In this document: one piece after another, positions 18,927-29,644 of the stretch | Layout: each line of letters starts with the position of its first letter | Numbering within the stretch: position 1 is the first letter of the stretch | Assembly (NCBI GenBank): GCA_963822945.1 | Contig: CAWGJO010000020.1 | Coordinates: 384,001 to 448,000 of the forward strand | From: an uncultured Gemmatimonadaceae bacterium | GTDB taxonomy: Bacteria; Gemmatimonadota; Gemmatimonadetes; Gemmatimonadales; Gemmatimonadaceae | DNA length: 64,000 nucleotides | Direction of reading: 5' to 3' | Made by a program: the position numbers and the translations under genes | Notes under the pieces: generated by a model | Databases searched by the model: none | Told to the model about the DNA's origin: nothing | Seen by the model: the letters and a program-made list of their open reading frames with translations, nothing else

Positions 18927-21248
18927 TCAGGCGCGCGCGGTGAAGACGGCTTCCAGCGCGGACTGGACCCGCTTCCGCAGGCCGTCGATCGTGAACGGCT
19001 TCTCGATCCAACCGACGCCGTCGCCGACCTCACGCCGGGCGATCTCGTCCTCGGTGTACCCCGACATGAACAGCACGGCCGGAGCGAGGCCCATGCCGCG
19101 CATGCGGTCCACCATCAGTCGACCTCCCATTCTGGGCATCACGAGATCCGTGAGCACGAGATCGAAGTCGCGCCCCCGGCGCTCCAGGATCTCCAGCCCC
19201 GCCTCGCCGGAGTCGGCCAGCACCACGGTGTGCCCCTCGCGCTCCAGCACGCGGCGCGCTACCGCGCGCACTCCGGCCTCGTCCTCCACGACCAGGATCG
19301 TGCCGCACCGCTTGGCGGCAAGCGCCGCGGCCCGCGCCTCGGCGGGGCACTCCGCCTTCTCTTCGAGTTCCGGCAGGTAGATCTCGAAGGTCGTCCCATG
19401 ACCTTCCTCCGTATGCAGGGTGATGAATCCCTGCGACTGGCGCACGATGCCATACACCGTCGCCAACCCGAGCCCCGTCCCCCGTCCCTTCTCTTTCGTG
19501 GTGAAGAACGGCTCGAACACCCGCTCGCGCACCGCAGACGACATGCCGAGACCGGTGTCGCGAACGGTGAGCACCACGTAGGACCCGGGTTCCGCGCCGA
19601 CGCCGCGTGCCGGCGCGAAGGATTCGTCGACGACCGCCGAGCGCAGGCTGATGAACAGCGCGCCGCCGTGCGGCATGGCATCGCGCGCATTGATCACCAG
19701 GTTCATGAGCACCTGTTCGATCTGTCCGGGATCGGCCAGCACCCGCATGGGGGCATGCCCCGGATCGACGGATAGGGCGATGTCCTCGCCGATGAGACGG
19801 CCGAGCAGCCGTTCCATGCCGCTCACGGTCTCTTCCAGATGCATCAACCGCGGCTGCAACACCTGGTGCCGGCTGAACGCCAGCAACTGTCGGGTCAGCG
19901 ACGCCGCGCGCTTCGCCGCCTGGTGGATCTCGTTCACGTCGTGCCGCGCCGGATCGCCCGGAATCAGATCCGTGAGCAGCATCTCCGAATAGCTGGTGAT
20001 GGCCGTGAGGATGTTGTTGAAGTCGTGCGCGACGCCGCCCGCCAGGCTCCCGATCGCCTCCAACTTCTGCGTCACCCGAAGCTGCTCTTCGAGCATCCGC
20101 CGCTCGGTGAGGTCCGAAGAGACACTGACCACGCCGCGCAATGCGCCGTCGGGCCCGGAAATCGGCGAGCAATCCACGTGCGCCGGAAACGTGGTGCCGT
20201 CGCGCCGTTGCGCATCGTATTCGCCGCTCCAGCTCATGCCCGACTGGAGACATGCCTGCACGGCCGGATCGTCGAGCTTGGCCGCCTGCGCCGGAACCAC
20301 GTCGGCGGCGCGATGCCCGAGCACCGCATTCGTCGGCCACCCGTACAACGTCTGCGCCGATCGGTTCCAATACGTGATCCTGCCGGCGAGGTCGGTGGCG
20401 ATCACCGCCTGCTCCACCGCATCGAGCAGGTGGGCCCGCTTGCGCAACTCGGCATCGGCCGCCGCCTGCGCCGTGATGTCTCGTGCCGTGCTCACGATGC
20501 CCCGCACGGCCGGATCGTCGATGCGGTTGCGGCCGGTGCCCTCGACCAGGCGCCACGACCCGTCCCGATGACGCAATCGGACGCGCATCGAGGCCGTGGC
20601 GTCGGGAGCCGAACGGAGCGTCCTGTACGCGCCGAGCATCGTCGGGGCATCGTCGGGATGAATGAATTCGGCGGCGTTGCGCCCCACGAGTTCGTCGGGG
20701 GCCATGCCCAGCAGGTTCGCGCCGGATGGACTCGCGTATAGCACCCTCCCGTCTTCGGCGACGATGGTGATGAATTCCACCGAGTGCTCGGTGATCGACC
20801 GGAAGAGCGCCTCGTTGCGCTGCAGCGCCGTCGTGGCGGCGCGCAACTCGCTGTCGGCGCGGTGGCGCTCCGAGACATCCTCGATGATCACGGCGATGCC
20901 GTCGTTCACCGGAAAGACGCGCTTCGAGAACCACCGCCCCGTCGCCGCCGAATGCGCCTCGAAGTGCACCGGCACGCGCGCGTCCATGGCGTGCCGGAAC
21001 CGAGCCGCGTGCTCCGCCGTCGCGGCCACCGGGAACGCGTCCCAGAATGCACGGCCCACCAGCTCCTCGGATCGCGCCCCGACCAGTTCGCCGACCGCCG
21101 CATTGGCAAACGTCACCTGCCAATCGCGGTTGACGGTGAGAAACGCGTCGCGAACGCCGTGCAGGACGCCGGCCAGCGAGTCGGCAGCGGACAGGTGATC
21201 TCCGGGGTCGACGGACCCGCTCAGTTCACCGATTGGTTGAATGCCCAT
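18927..21248 (-). CDS. Triple-PAS hybrid sensor histidine kinase/response regulator
   Basis: Three PAS domains, LAGGVAHDFNNIL, NARDAMP, GTGLGLATV, receiver LTDLVMP. Confidence 0.93.
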   Translation of the reverse strand: MGIQPIGELSGSVDPGDHLSAADSLAGVLHGVRDAFLTVNRDWQVTFANAAVGELVGARSEELVGRAFWDAFPVAATAEHAARFRHAMDARVPVHFEAHSAATGRWFSKRVFPVNDGIAVIIEDVSERHRADSELRAATTALQRNEALFRSITEHSVEFITIVAEDGRVLYASPSGANLLGMAPDELVGRNAAEFIHPDDAPTMLGAYRTLRSAPDATASMRVRLRHRDGSWRLVEGTGRNRIDDPAVRGIVSTARDITAQAAADAELRKRAHLLDAVEQAVIATDLAGRITYWNRSAQTLYGWPTNAVLGHRAADVVPAQAAKLDDPAVQACLQSGMSWSGEYDAQRRDGTTFPAHVDCSPISGPDGALRGVVSVSSDLTERRMLEEQLRVTQKLEAIGSLAGGVAHDFNNILTAITSYSEMLLTDLIPGDPARHDVNEIHQAAKRAASLTRQLLAFSRHQVLQPRLMHLEETVSGMERLLGRLIGEDIALSVDPGHAPMRVLADPGQIEQVLMNLVINARDAMPHGGALFISLRSAVVDESFAPARGVGAEPGSYVVLTVRDTGLGMSSAVRERVFEPFFTTKEKGRGTGLGLATVYGIVRQSQGFITLHTEEGHGTTFEIYLPELEEKAECPAEARAAALAAKRCGTILVVEDEAGVRAVARRVLEREGHTVVLADSGEAGLEILERRGRDFDLVLTDLVMPRMGGRLMVDRMRGMGLAPAVLFMSGYTEDEIARREVGDGVGWIEKPFTIDGLRKRVQSALEAVFTARA

Positions 21249-21430
21249 GGACCGGGGTCTTGGAGGAGAGTCGCGGTCATTGTCGCACCGCCGCCGTCGG
21301 GACATGCCGCTGGCAAGTCCATGCCGGCGTCCGCGATCAACGGTTGTCGGCTCCCTCGGCGTTCGCTGTCAGGGAGTCCCCCAGCCGTCTGTGAGCGGTT
21401 CCCCCACAGGAGCCCCCAACCGGCACAGGC

Positions 21431-23201
21431 CTAGGAAAACAGCCGTCCGATGTATTCGGCGTACTTCTCCGCCACGACGCGGCGGCGCACCTTGAGCGAC
21501 GGGGTCAGTTCCCCGCCTTCCACCGTGAATTCCTGGGGGACGATCTCGAACCGCTTCACCGCCTGCACGCGCGCGAGCCGGGCGTTCACCGCGTCGATAC
21601 GCTGCTGCAGGTGCGCGCGGAACTTCTCGCAGCTAGCCGCCGAGGCCGGATCGCGCGCCGGGCTCGTCCGCGGCGAGCGCCTCGTCAATCAACTGCACCG
21701 GATCGAGCGTGATCAATACTCCCAGATAGCGCTGCCGGTCGCCGACCACCACCGCCTGGCTCACCACCGGGATCGCCTTCAGATATCCCTCCACGAGCTG
21801 CGGCGCCACGTTCTCGCCGCCCGCCGTGATGATGATGTCCTTCTTGCGGTCGGTGATCTGCAGGAATCCGTCGCCGTCCAATTCTCCGATGTCGCCCGAG
21901 TGGAGCCACCCCTCCGCATCCAGCGTTTCCGCGGTCCCGGCCGGATCCTTGTAGTAGCCGGCGAACACGTGGCGGCCGCGCATGCAGATCTCGCCGTCGG
22001 CGGCAATCTGCAGTTCTGCACCGGGGAAGACGAACCCCGCCTTGCCCGTGCGGTATCGGTCGGGCGTGCTGATCGTGCCCGGGCCGGTGCACTCGCTCAT
22101 CCCGTACACCTCGCAGATCGGGAGCCCGAGCGACAGAAAGAACTCGAGCGTCGACCGCGAGATCGGCGCCGCGGACGTCACGAGGACGCGCGCCCGATCG
22201 AACCCCAGCCGCCGGCGCACGGCCCGGAACACGAGCGCATTGGCCAGCCCGTACGACAGCGGGCGCCGCCGCCCCTGCTGGTCCGCAAACCCCGCCGCCA
22301 GTCCCACGCGCCGCGCCCACGCGATCAGCCTCTTCTTCAGCGGCGAATTCCGGGCACCCGCCGCCTGCATCCGCTCCTGGATCTTCTCCCACACGCGGGG
22401 CACCCCGAGAAAGAAGTCGGGCCTGATCTCCCGCAGGTCGTCGCCGAGGGTTGCCATGCTCTGTGCGAACCAGGTGCATCCGCCGAACGTCACCGGTCCG
22501 AAGATCGAGACGATCTGTTCGGCGATGTGGCTGAGTGGCAGGTAGCTCAGAATGTTGTCGCCGGCGCGGATGCCGAGCGCGGCAATGCCGGTGCTCGCCG
22601 TCCACACGACGTTGTCGTGGGTGAGCATCACGGCCTTCGGCACGCCCGTGGTGCCCGACGTGTAGATGAGCGTGGCCACGTCACTCGGTGCCTGCGCCGC
22701 CAGGCGCTCTTCGAGCGCGGCCGCGTCCACGTCGTGGCCGAGGCGCAGCAGATCCGGCCACGCGATCACGCCGGGTTCGGTGGGTTCGCCGTGCATCTGC
22801 ACGATGGCCTTCAGGTGCGGCAACTGGTCGCGAACGGCCAGGTACTTGGCCAGTTGCTCCTCGTTCTCCACCACCGCCACCTGCGCCTCGCAGTGGTGGG
22901 TCACGTACTGGCACTGCTCGGCCGTGCAGGTGGAGTAAATGCCGCTGGGCAGTCCGCCGGCGTGGATCGCCGCCAGGTCGGCCACCAGCCACTCGGGGCA
23001 GTTGTACCCGATGATGGCCACGCCCTTACCCGGCTCGAGCCCGAGCGCCATCAACCCGCGTGCCGCGAGGCGGATCTGCTGCCGGTACGCACTCCACGTG
23101 AGCGACTGCCAGGCGCCCTCTTCCTTCCAGCGCACGGCGGGAAGATCGCCACACGCTTTCACGGTTGCGTCGAGGGCTTGGGGAATGGTGGTCGGAGACA
23201 C
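21431..23201 (-). CDS. fadD: Long-chain fatty acyl-CoA ligase, frameshift near 21668
   Basis: IYTSGTTGVPK, YGMSE, WLHSGDIG, DRKKDIIITAGGENVAP; C-terminal ELTPSLKVRR in adjacent frame. Confidence 0.9.
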
Positions 23202-23323
23202 GGGGGCGGGGATGGAGGAGTGTCGGCAGCCGGTAGCCGGCCGTCACCAAATATCATCCCGACCCTGCCGCTGTCGAGATCCCGATGGCGACTGGATCGG
23301 GGGAACCGTAGTTTCTGCCGTTG

Positions 23324-23932
23324 ATGCCTGCCTCCCTCCGCGTGCCCGTTCTCGGCAATGCGCTTCCCCGAAGCGGAGGCCCGGTGTCGCGCACCCTGGG
23401 CCGCTGGTGGCTCGCCTGGCTCGGATGGCGCATGGAGGGGACGCTGCCCGACATCGCGAAGGCCGTGATCATCGTGGCGCCGCACACCACGAACTGGGAC
23501 TTCGTGGTCGGCATCGCGGCCAAATTCGCACTGGGGCTCCGCGCGTCCTGGCTTGGCAAGCATACCCTGTTTCGCTCGCCCTTCGGGGGCCTGATGCGAT
23601 GGCTCGGGGGAATTCCCGTGGACCGGGCCCGCCCCAACGATGTCGTGGCCCAGTCGGTGCAGCGGTTTGCCGAGGTGGAGCGCATGGTGCTCGGCATCTC
23701 GCCCGAGGGCACGCGCAAGGCGGTCGCCCGCTGGAAGACCGGGTTCTACCACATCGCGCGGGGCGCCGGCGTGCCGATCATCCCGGTGGCGTTCGACTGG
23801 GCACATCGGGTGTTGCTGGTCGGCCCCCCGCTGGCGCCGGGCGACGACATGAAGGCCGACCTGCAGGCGCTGGGACGGTTCTTCGAGGCGGCCCGCGGGC
23901 GGCGCGGGGAACTCACGCCCCCGCCGCTCTAG
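23324..23932 (+). CDS. Lysophospholipid/1-acyl-sn-glycerol-3-phosphate acyltransferase (PlsC family)
   Basis: APHTTNWD (HxxxxD), GGIPVDR, SPEGTR, WKTGFYHIA. Confidence 0.9.
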   Translation: MPASLRVPVLGNALPRSGGPVSRTLGRWWLAWLGWRMEGTLPDIAKAVIIVAPHTTNWDFVVGIAAKFALGLRASWLGKHTLFRSPFGGLMRWLGGIPVDRARPNDVVAQSVQRFAEVERMVLGISPEGTRKAVARWKTGFYHIARGAGVPIIPVAFDWAHRVLLVGPPLAPGDDMKADLQALGRFFEAARGRRGELTPPPL

Positions 23933-23942
23933 CCGGCGACGC

Positions 23943-24926
23943 TCAGGCGCCGCGGGTGACGATCAGCTTGAGCGGAGGCTTCGCCGCGTCGAGTTCCGCC
24001 TGCTCGGGGACGATCGTGTGCCGGAGCGCGTGCACGACTTCGGTTGCGAAGGTCCGTCCGGCGCTGCGGTCGATTTCCTCGAGGGCGTTCCACGAGGCGA
24101 ACGCGGGGCGGGATTCGGTGGGCGTGAGCAGCGTCTCGTAGGCATCGGCCACGGCGAGGACCTTGACGGCCATCGGGATGCGCAGCGCGTCCACCGGCCA
24201 GTCGTCGCCGATCAGCTCGTGATAGCGGCCGTAGGCGGTCACCGTCTCGAGCGCGGCCCGCATGGAAGCCGCTACCGGCACCTCGCGGATATCGCGCGGG
24301 AAGTCGGCGAACATGCGCGCCACCCGTGGATCCTGCGGTCCCAACTCGTGCAGCAGACCGGCCACCCGCAGATCCTCGATCTCGTCGTCGCGCATGCCGA
24401 GCTTGCCACCGATGGCCATGGCACGTTCGGCCACGCGATAGCTGTGGCCACGGCGGTGCCGGTCGGCCGAGTCCAGATGGAAGGTCAGCATCTCGAGCAG
24501 CGCGAAGTAGGTGCGCTTCACGTCGTCGGCGCGCGCCTTTCGCTGGTCGGACAGCGTGCCCACGGCGAACCCGGTGAGGATGAGGAACCCTGCCCAGGGC
24601 GCGAAGTACATGATGGTCGACTCCGAGAGGTTGGGCGTCCCGCCCAGCCCGGTCACGGCCTGGAAGAACGTCACCAGCAACACCGTGAACAGCGCAGCCC
24701 CGACGGCACTGTTGCGCCCCAGGAGAAATCCACCGGCGATGATCGGCAGGTAGTAGAAGCTCAGAAACGCGAACTTGTAGTCCACGGTGAAGTTGATGAA
24801 CAACAGGGACGCGACGAGCACCACCACGAGCGTCTGCTCGAAGTGATCGTACAACGCTTTCTTGATGCGATTCGCCAGTCCTTGCACCGTAGGCTTACTC
24901 CCAAATGCGACCGGAGTCCGGTACAT
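23943..24926 (-). CDS. Membrane-anchored degenerate HD-GYP-like protein
   Basis: About 4 N-terminal TM helices; GHSYRVA, GLLHELG (HD changed to HE), VLAVADAYE; no GYP loop. Confidence 0.7.
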   Translation of the reverse strand: MYRTPVAFGSKPTVQGLANRIKKALYDHFEQTLVVVLVASLLFINFTVDYKFAFLSFYYLPIIAGGFLLGRNSAVGAALFTVLLVTFFQAVTGLGGTPNLSESTIMYFAPWAGFLILTGFAVGTLSDQRKARADDVKRTYFALLEMLTFHLDSADRHRRGHSYRVAERAMAIGGKLGMRDDEIEDLRVAGLLHELGPQDPRVARMFADFPRDIREVPVAASMRAALETVTAYGRYHELIGDDWPVDALRIPMAVKVLAVADAYETLLTPTESRPAFASWNALEEIDRSAGRTFATEVVHALRHTIVPEQAELDAAKPPLKLIVTRGA

Positions 24927-25193
24927 CCACCGGTTTCGGTGGAATGCGTTGCCGACTCACCCCGGGCTCCTTTCGATCGCGGAAATCGAGAAGTGGCACC
25001 TTGCCTCGAAGTGTCATGCTCCCCGAAGACCGCCGCAAGACGCTCGACCGGCTCCGGGGCCCGTAGAAACGTGACACTACCGGGCATCTTGTCCGGGGGC
25101 CTGTGACGGCCGCCACGTATCGCGGGCTCCCTGAAATCGGGTTTCTCTCCCCCGCGACTGGAGTCCGCCCTCCTGCCCGTGATAGTATTGAAC

Positions 25194-26627
25194 ATGCGCA
25201 TCGACGTGATCACCCGAGCCGCCGCCGCCGCCGCACTGCTGCTGACGGCCGCCGTTGCCCCGCTCCGTGCCCAGCAGCCCACCGGCCCCGCCTCCATCAG
25301 CGGTGTCGCGTACGACAGCGTCCGCAACCGCCCGATGGATGGGGCGCAGATTGTGATCCAGGGCACCACGCTGCTCACCGTGGCCGGCCCGGACGGGCAC
25401 TTCCGCTTCGACAGCGTGCCGCCGGGCAAGTACCGGCTGCTCGCCGCGCATCCGATTCTCGACAGCATCGGCATTCAGTTGACGACACCGCCCATCACGG
25501 TGGCCGCCGGGCAGTCGCTCACGGTGAACATGGTGACGCCGCGGCCGGAGGCGTTGGTCAAGCAGCTCTGCCCCGCGGCGCGCCTCGCCCTCGGGCCCGC
25601 CGCGTTGTTCGGGCGCGTGCGCAATGCCGACACCGAGCAGCCGATCGCCAAGGCCCACGTCTCGATCGTCTGGACCTCGCTCGAGTTCGGCGGCCTGCGC
25701 AAGGTGCCGAAGATCCGCGAGGCCGTCACCGCCGCCGACGGCACGTACCGCATCTGCGGACTGCCCTCGACCTTCGACGGCAAGGTGCAGGTCCAGCACG
25801 ACGGCGTGACGAGCGGCGACGTGCCGGTCAGCTTCAGCAACGATGTGCTGCAACTGCGCAGCCTCAGCATTGCCGTGGCGGCCCCGGCCGCCATCGCCGC
25901 AGCGGGCGACACCAACCAGAAGTCGCAGCGCCCCGTGACCGTCGCCAAACTCAGTGGACGCGTGCTCAGCGTGACCGGGCAACCAGTGGCCGGCGCGCGC
26001 GTACAGCTGGAAGGCACCATCCACGCCGTGGACAGCCGCGCCGACGGCTCGTTCACTCTCGACAGTCTGCCCTCGGGCTCGCAGGTCGTCGTGGCCCGGC
26101 GCATCGGCTACAACCCGGTGGAGCAGGCGGTGGAACTCTCGGCCAGCAAGCCGGCCCGAACCACGCTGCGCTTCGACCAGGCCGTGACCCTCCTGCCCAC
26201 CGTCACCACCGAGGCGCAGCGTGTGAGCGGGCTCGACGCCGTGGGATTCACGCAGCGCGAGAAGTCCGGCATGGGCTTCTACATGGACGAGAAGACGATC
26301 GCCAGACGCCAGGCGCCCAAGTTCACCGACATCCTGCGCACGGTGCCCGGCATCCGCGTCCAGACCTCCGGCTACACCACGCAGGTATACGATGCCCGGA
26401 CGCAGGGCACCGGATGCGTGAACTACGTGGTGGACGGTTCGCCCTGGGTCTCCATGAACCCCGGCGATATCGACTCCTTCGTGCTGCCGGACAACGTCGG
26501 CGCCATCGAGGTGTACCACGGCGCTGAAACGCCGCCGCAGTTCGTGATTCCCGGCCAGGGCGGGTGCGCCACCATCGTCATCTGGACCAAGTGGCGGCTC
26601 GATCGCTTCAACAAGAAGAAGAAGTAG
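25194..26627 (+). CDS. Secreted protein with carboxypeptidase-regulatory-like domains and a C-terminal TonB plug-like domain
   Basis: Signal peptide ending LRA-Q; repeated ISGV/LSGRV...DGxF beta-sandwich motifs; DILRTVPGI, VVDG, AIEVYHG, IVIWTK plug motifs. Confidence 0.75.
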   Translation: MRIDVITRAAAAAALLLTAAVAPLRAQQPTGPASISGVAYDSVRNRPMDGAQIVIQGTTLLTVAGPDGHFRFDSVPPGKYRLLAAHPILDSIGIQLTTPPITVAAGQSLTVNMVTPRPEALVKQLCPAARLALGPAALFGRVRNADTEQPIAKAHVSIVWTSLEFGGLRKVPKIREAVTAADGTYRICGLPSTFDGKVQVQHDGVTSGDVPVSFSNDVLQLRSLSIAVAAPAAIAAAGDTNQKSQRPVTVAKLSGRVLSVTGQPVAGARVQLEGTIHAVDSRADGSFTLDSLPSGSQVVVARRIGYNPVEQAVELSASKPARTTLRFDQAVTLLPTVTTEAQRVSGLDAVGFTQREKSGMGFYMDEKTIARRQAPKFTDILRTVPGIRVQTSGYTTQVYDARTQGTGCVNYVVDGSPWVSMNPGDIDSFVLPDNVGAIEVYHGAETPPQFVIPGQGGCATIVIWTKWRLDRFNKKKK

Positions 26628-26643
26628 CGGCCGGCAGATCGAA

Positions 26644-27591
26644 CTAGAGCAGTTCCTTGAGGCGGGCCACGTCCACGTTGCCGCCGCTCACGACGCACAC
26701 CACGCGCGCCCCCGCCGCAACCGGCAGCTTGCCGGCGATCAGGGCCGCCACCGCGGCGGCGCCCGCCGGCTCGGCCAGCAGCTTGGCCGACGACAGGATG
26801 ACGCCCATTGCGCGCGCGATCTCGTCGTCGGATACCACCACCACGTCGTCCACGTAGTGTTGCGCCGCCCAGAGGGGCAGCGCGCTCGTCATCGGCGCCG
26901 CCAGGCCGTCGGCGATCGTCTTCGGCGGATCGATGGCCGTCACCCGCCCGGCGTCGAGGCTCCGGCGCAACGCCTGCGCGCCCTCGGGCTCCACGCCGAA
27001 CACCTGCACGGACGGCTTCGCGTGTTTGGCCGCCACCGCGATCCCCGACAGCAGTCCCCCTCCGCCCACGGGCACGACGATCACGTCTACATCCGGAGCG
27101 TCTTCGACGATCTCGAGCCCCGTGGTGCCGGCGCCGGCCACCACGCGCGGGTCGTCGAACGGATGGACGAACACGTAGCCGTGCGTCTCCCCCAGTTCAC
27201 GCGCCTTGTCGAACATCGCCGAGCCCCACTCGTGCTGCACCACCTCGGCACCGTACCCGCGCGTAGCATCGAGCTTGGTCTGCGAAGCGTCGACCGGCAT
27301 CACAACCGTGCACCTGGTGCCGGCCGCGCGTGCGGCCCATGCCAGCGCCTGCGCGTGGTTCCCCGCCGACACGCCTACCACGCCCCGCGCCCGCTCGGCA
27401 TCCGAGAGCAGGCTGATGGCGTTGAGCGCGCCGCGCACCTTGAACGAGCCCGTCTTCTGCAGCAGTTCGGCCTTGAGGCGCAGCGATACGCCGGCCGTCT
27501 CGCCGATGCGGGTGGCCGAGAGCAGGGGTGTGCGATGTACGCGGCCGGCGATGCGCTCGCGGGCGGCGACGATGTCGGCGTGTGTGAGCAT
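26644..27591 (-). CDS. PLP-dependent threonine/serine dehydratase
   Basis: QKTGSFKVRGA (PLP Lys), SAGNHAQA, PVGGGGL, VVSGGNVD; no ACT domain. Confidence 0.92.
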   Translation of the reverse strand: MLTHADIVAARERIAGRVHRTPLLSATRIGETAGVSLRLKAELLQKTGSFKVRGALNAISLLSDAERARGVVGVSAGNHAQALAWAARAAGTRCTVVMPVDASQTKLDATRGYGAEVVQHEWGSAMFDKARELGETHGYVFVHPFDDPRVVAGAGTTGLEIVEDAPDVDVIVVPVGGGGLLSGIAVAAKHAKPSVQVFGVEPEGAQALRRSLDAGRVTAIDPPKTIADGLAAPMTSALPLWAAQHYVDDVVVVSDDEIARAMGVILSSAKLLAEPAGAAAVAALIAGKLPVAAGARVVCVVSGGNVDVARLKELL

Positions 27592-27699
27592 GCGGTGGCG
27601 GGATGGTGGGCTAGCAGGGTAGCGCATCACGCCGGTGTTTCGCAACGCCGCTTGCCCCGCTGGCGCCATACGGGGAAATTTCGGCCACTCGGAGGCCCC

Positions 27700-27993
27700 A
27701 TGTCCCGCATGAGCAACCCCGGCTGCATGCTGCGCACGATGAGCGCGCTGTTCGGCACCATCTTCCTGCCGGTGGGCGTCTCGTTCTTCTTCGTGCTGAA
27801 GCACCGACACTGGCCGGAGGGCGTCGGCGCCGTGCTCGCCGCCCTGGGCTTCTACTACGTCGCCTGGCGCGCCGAAGACATTCTCGGGCTGGACGAGATT
27901 TCCGACGGCGACGATCTCGTGTTTCCCGACCTCCCGTCGCCTGCCGACGACGCCCCGGCCCCACCATCCCACGACCAGGAGCCACACCCGTGA
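27700..27993 (+). CDS. Small two-TM membrane protein with acidic/Pro-rich tail
   Basis: GGAGG RBS before ATG 27700; two hydrophobic segments; GTGA overlap with next gene. Confidence 0.6.
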   Translation: MSRMSNPGCMLRTMSALFGTIFLPVGVSFFFVLKHRHWPEGVGAVLAALGFYYVAWRAEDILGLDEISDGDDLVFPDLPSPADDAPAPPSHDQEPHP

Positions 27994-29069
27994 CCCGCCA
28001 TCGTCGCTGCCTCCCGTTCCTCCGGACCGTCGTGTTGCACGCCATCGTCCTCCTCGCTGCCCTGCCGGTCGTCGCCGCGGCGCAGTGGCGGTTGGCGGAC
28101 GCCGGGACGCGGGCCGAGTTCCGCGGGCTGAGCCTGGCCGGCGATCACGTGGCCTGGGCCAGCGGCACGCACGGCACCGTGGCCCGCAGCGTCGACGGCG
28201 GCGCGCACTGGACGCTGCTCCACGTCCCCGGCGCCGACTCGCTCGACCTCCGGTCGATCGCGGCGTTGGGACCCGATGCGGCGGTCGCCGCGAGTGCCGG
28301 CCCCGCCGAGAACGGACAGGCGCGGATGTTTCGCACCACCGACGCCGGCGCCACCTGGACACAGGTGTACACCACCAACCAGAAGGGGGTGTTCCTCGAC
28401 GCCCTCGCGTTCTGGGACGCCGGCCACGGCATCGCGCTGAGCGATCCTATCGACGGCAAGCTGTTCCTGCTCGTCACCGAAGACGGCGGCAGGAGCTGGA
28501 CGCGCGTGCCCCCCGGGGCACTGCCGCCGGCGCTGCCCGGCGAGGCGGCGTTCGCCGCCAGCGGCACGTGCGTGGCGGTGTGGGGCACCGGCGACGTGTG
28601 GATCGGCACCGGCGGCGGGGCGCGGGCACGGGTCTATCACTCGTCGGATCGCGGGCGCAGTTGGAGCGTGGCCGACACGCCGGTGCACGCAGGCAGCTCA
28701 GCCTCCGGAATCTTCGCGCTCGCCTTCCGCGACGCGGAGCACGGCGTGGCGGTGGGTGGCGACTACACGAAGCCGCACGGCGCCACCGTGAACGTGGCGC
28801 TCAGCGACGACGGCGGCCGCACGTGGCACGCGGCGCCCGGCATGCTGGTGCAGGCCTACCTCTCGGGGGTCGCCTGGGAGGGGTCGGGCCCCGTCGTGGC
28901 CGTCGGACTCGCCGGCACGGCACGGTCGAACGACCACGGCGCTTCGTGGACCATGGTCGACACCCTCCCGCTGAACGCCGTGCGATTCCGCGGCTCCGGG
29001 TTCGGCGTGGCCGCCGGTCCCCACGGCCGGCTGGCCCGCTGGGTGCCTCGCAACCCCGGCGCGCGTTAG
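27990..29069 (+). CDS. Secreted BNR/Asp-box beta-propeller protein (Ycf48-like)
   Basis: Signal peptide; repeated S/TxDGGxxW Asp-boxes; GEAAFAASG. Confidence 0.85.
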   Translation: MTRHRRCLPFLRTVVLHAIVLLAALPVVAAAQWRLADAGTRAEFRGLSLAGDHVAWASGTHGTVARSVDGGAHWTLLHVPGADSLDLRSIAALGPDAAVAASAGPAENGQARMFRTTDAGATWTQVYTTNQKGVFLDALAFWDAGHGIALSDPIDGKLFLLVTEDGGRSWTRVPPGALPPALPGEAAFAASGTCVAVWGTGDVWIGTGGGARARVYHSSDRGRSWSVADTPVHAGSSASGIFALAFRDAEHGVAVGGDYTKPHGATVNVALSDDGGRTWHAAPGMLVQAYLSGVAWEGSGPVVAVGLAGTARSNDHGASWTMVDTLPLNAVRFRGSGFGVAAGPHGRLARWVPRNPGAR

Positions 29070-29644
29070 GCGCCGGCCGCGGGCAGCGCGCCCGGTGCAT
29101 CCCGCTCGGGCACCGTCGTCACGCCACCCGAGAGTATGAACGCCATCACGTGCGCGCTGTCGGCGTCGAGCCGGCGCACGTTGGCCGAGGGGAAGACCAC
29201 CAGGTTTCCCGCGAAACCGTAGGACTGTGGCACGTACACGGTGGCGGAATCGGCTACGCCGAAGGCGTCCAGCGATTCCTGCGTGAGGAAGCCGAACACG
29301 CGGGCGCCACCGCCCACCGAGACGATCACCGGTTTGTCGAAGCGGCGGTGCTCCCCGACGAACGCGTTGAGCAGGTCGCGCGTGCTCGTGTAGAGCAGCC
29401 GCACGAACGGGAGCCGGGCGAACAGGGCATCCAGCCCGGTGCTGAGCGTCCGGGCAGCGAACGTCTGCGCCGCGAACCCGATGGCCGTGACCAACGCGAC
29501 CATCACCACGAACCCGGCGCCGGGGATCGGCAGCACCAACCAGTTGTCGATCGTCGTGAAGATCACGTAGCAGATGTACACCGTGATGAACACCGGCGCG
29601 GTGACGATCAGGCCCTTGAAGAAGTAGTTCAGGACGCGTGACAT
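29066..29644 (-). CDS. DUF502 family membrane protein
   Basis: YFFKGLIVTAP, RLPFVRLLY, FGFLT, VYVPQSY, FILSGGV. Confidence 0.88.
   Translation of the reverse strand: MSRVLNYFFKGLIVTAPVFITVYICYVIFTTIDNWLVLPIPGAGFVVMVALVTAIGFAAQTFAARTLSTGLDALFARLPFVRLLYTSTRDLLNAFVGEHRRFDKPVIVSVGGGARVFGFLTQESLDAFGVADSATVYVPQSYGFAGNLVVFPSANVRRLDADSAHVMAFILSGGVTTVPERDAPGALPAAGA

Noticed and set aside
21312..21326. Sigma54 promoter for the triple-PAS kinase (CGGCATGGACTTGC on the minus strand)
   Set aside because: GG-to-GC spacing is 9 nt rather than 10; viable only if an indel error is present
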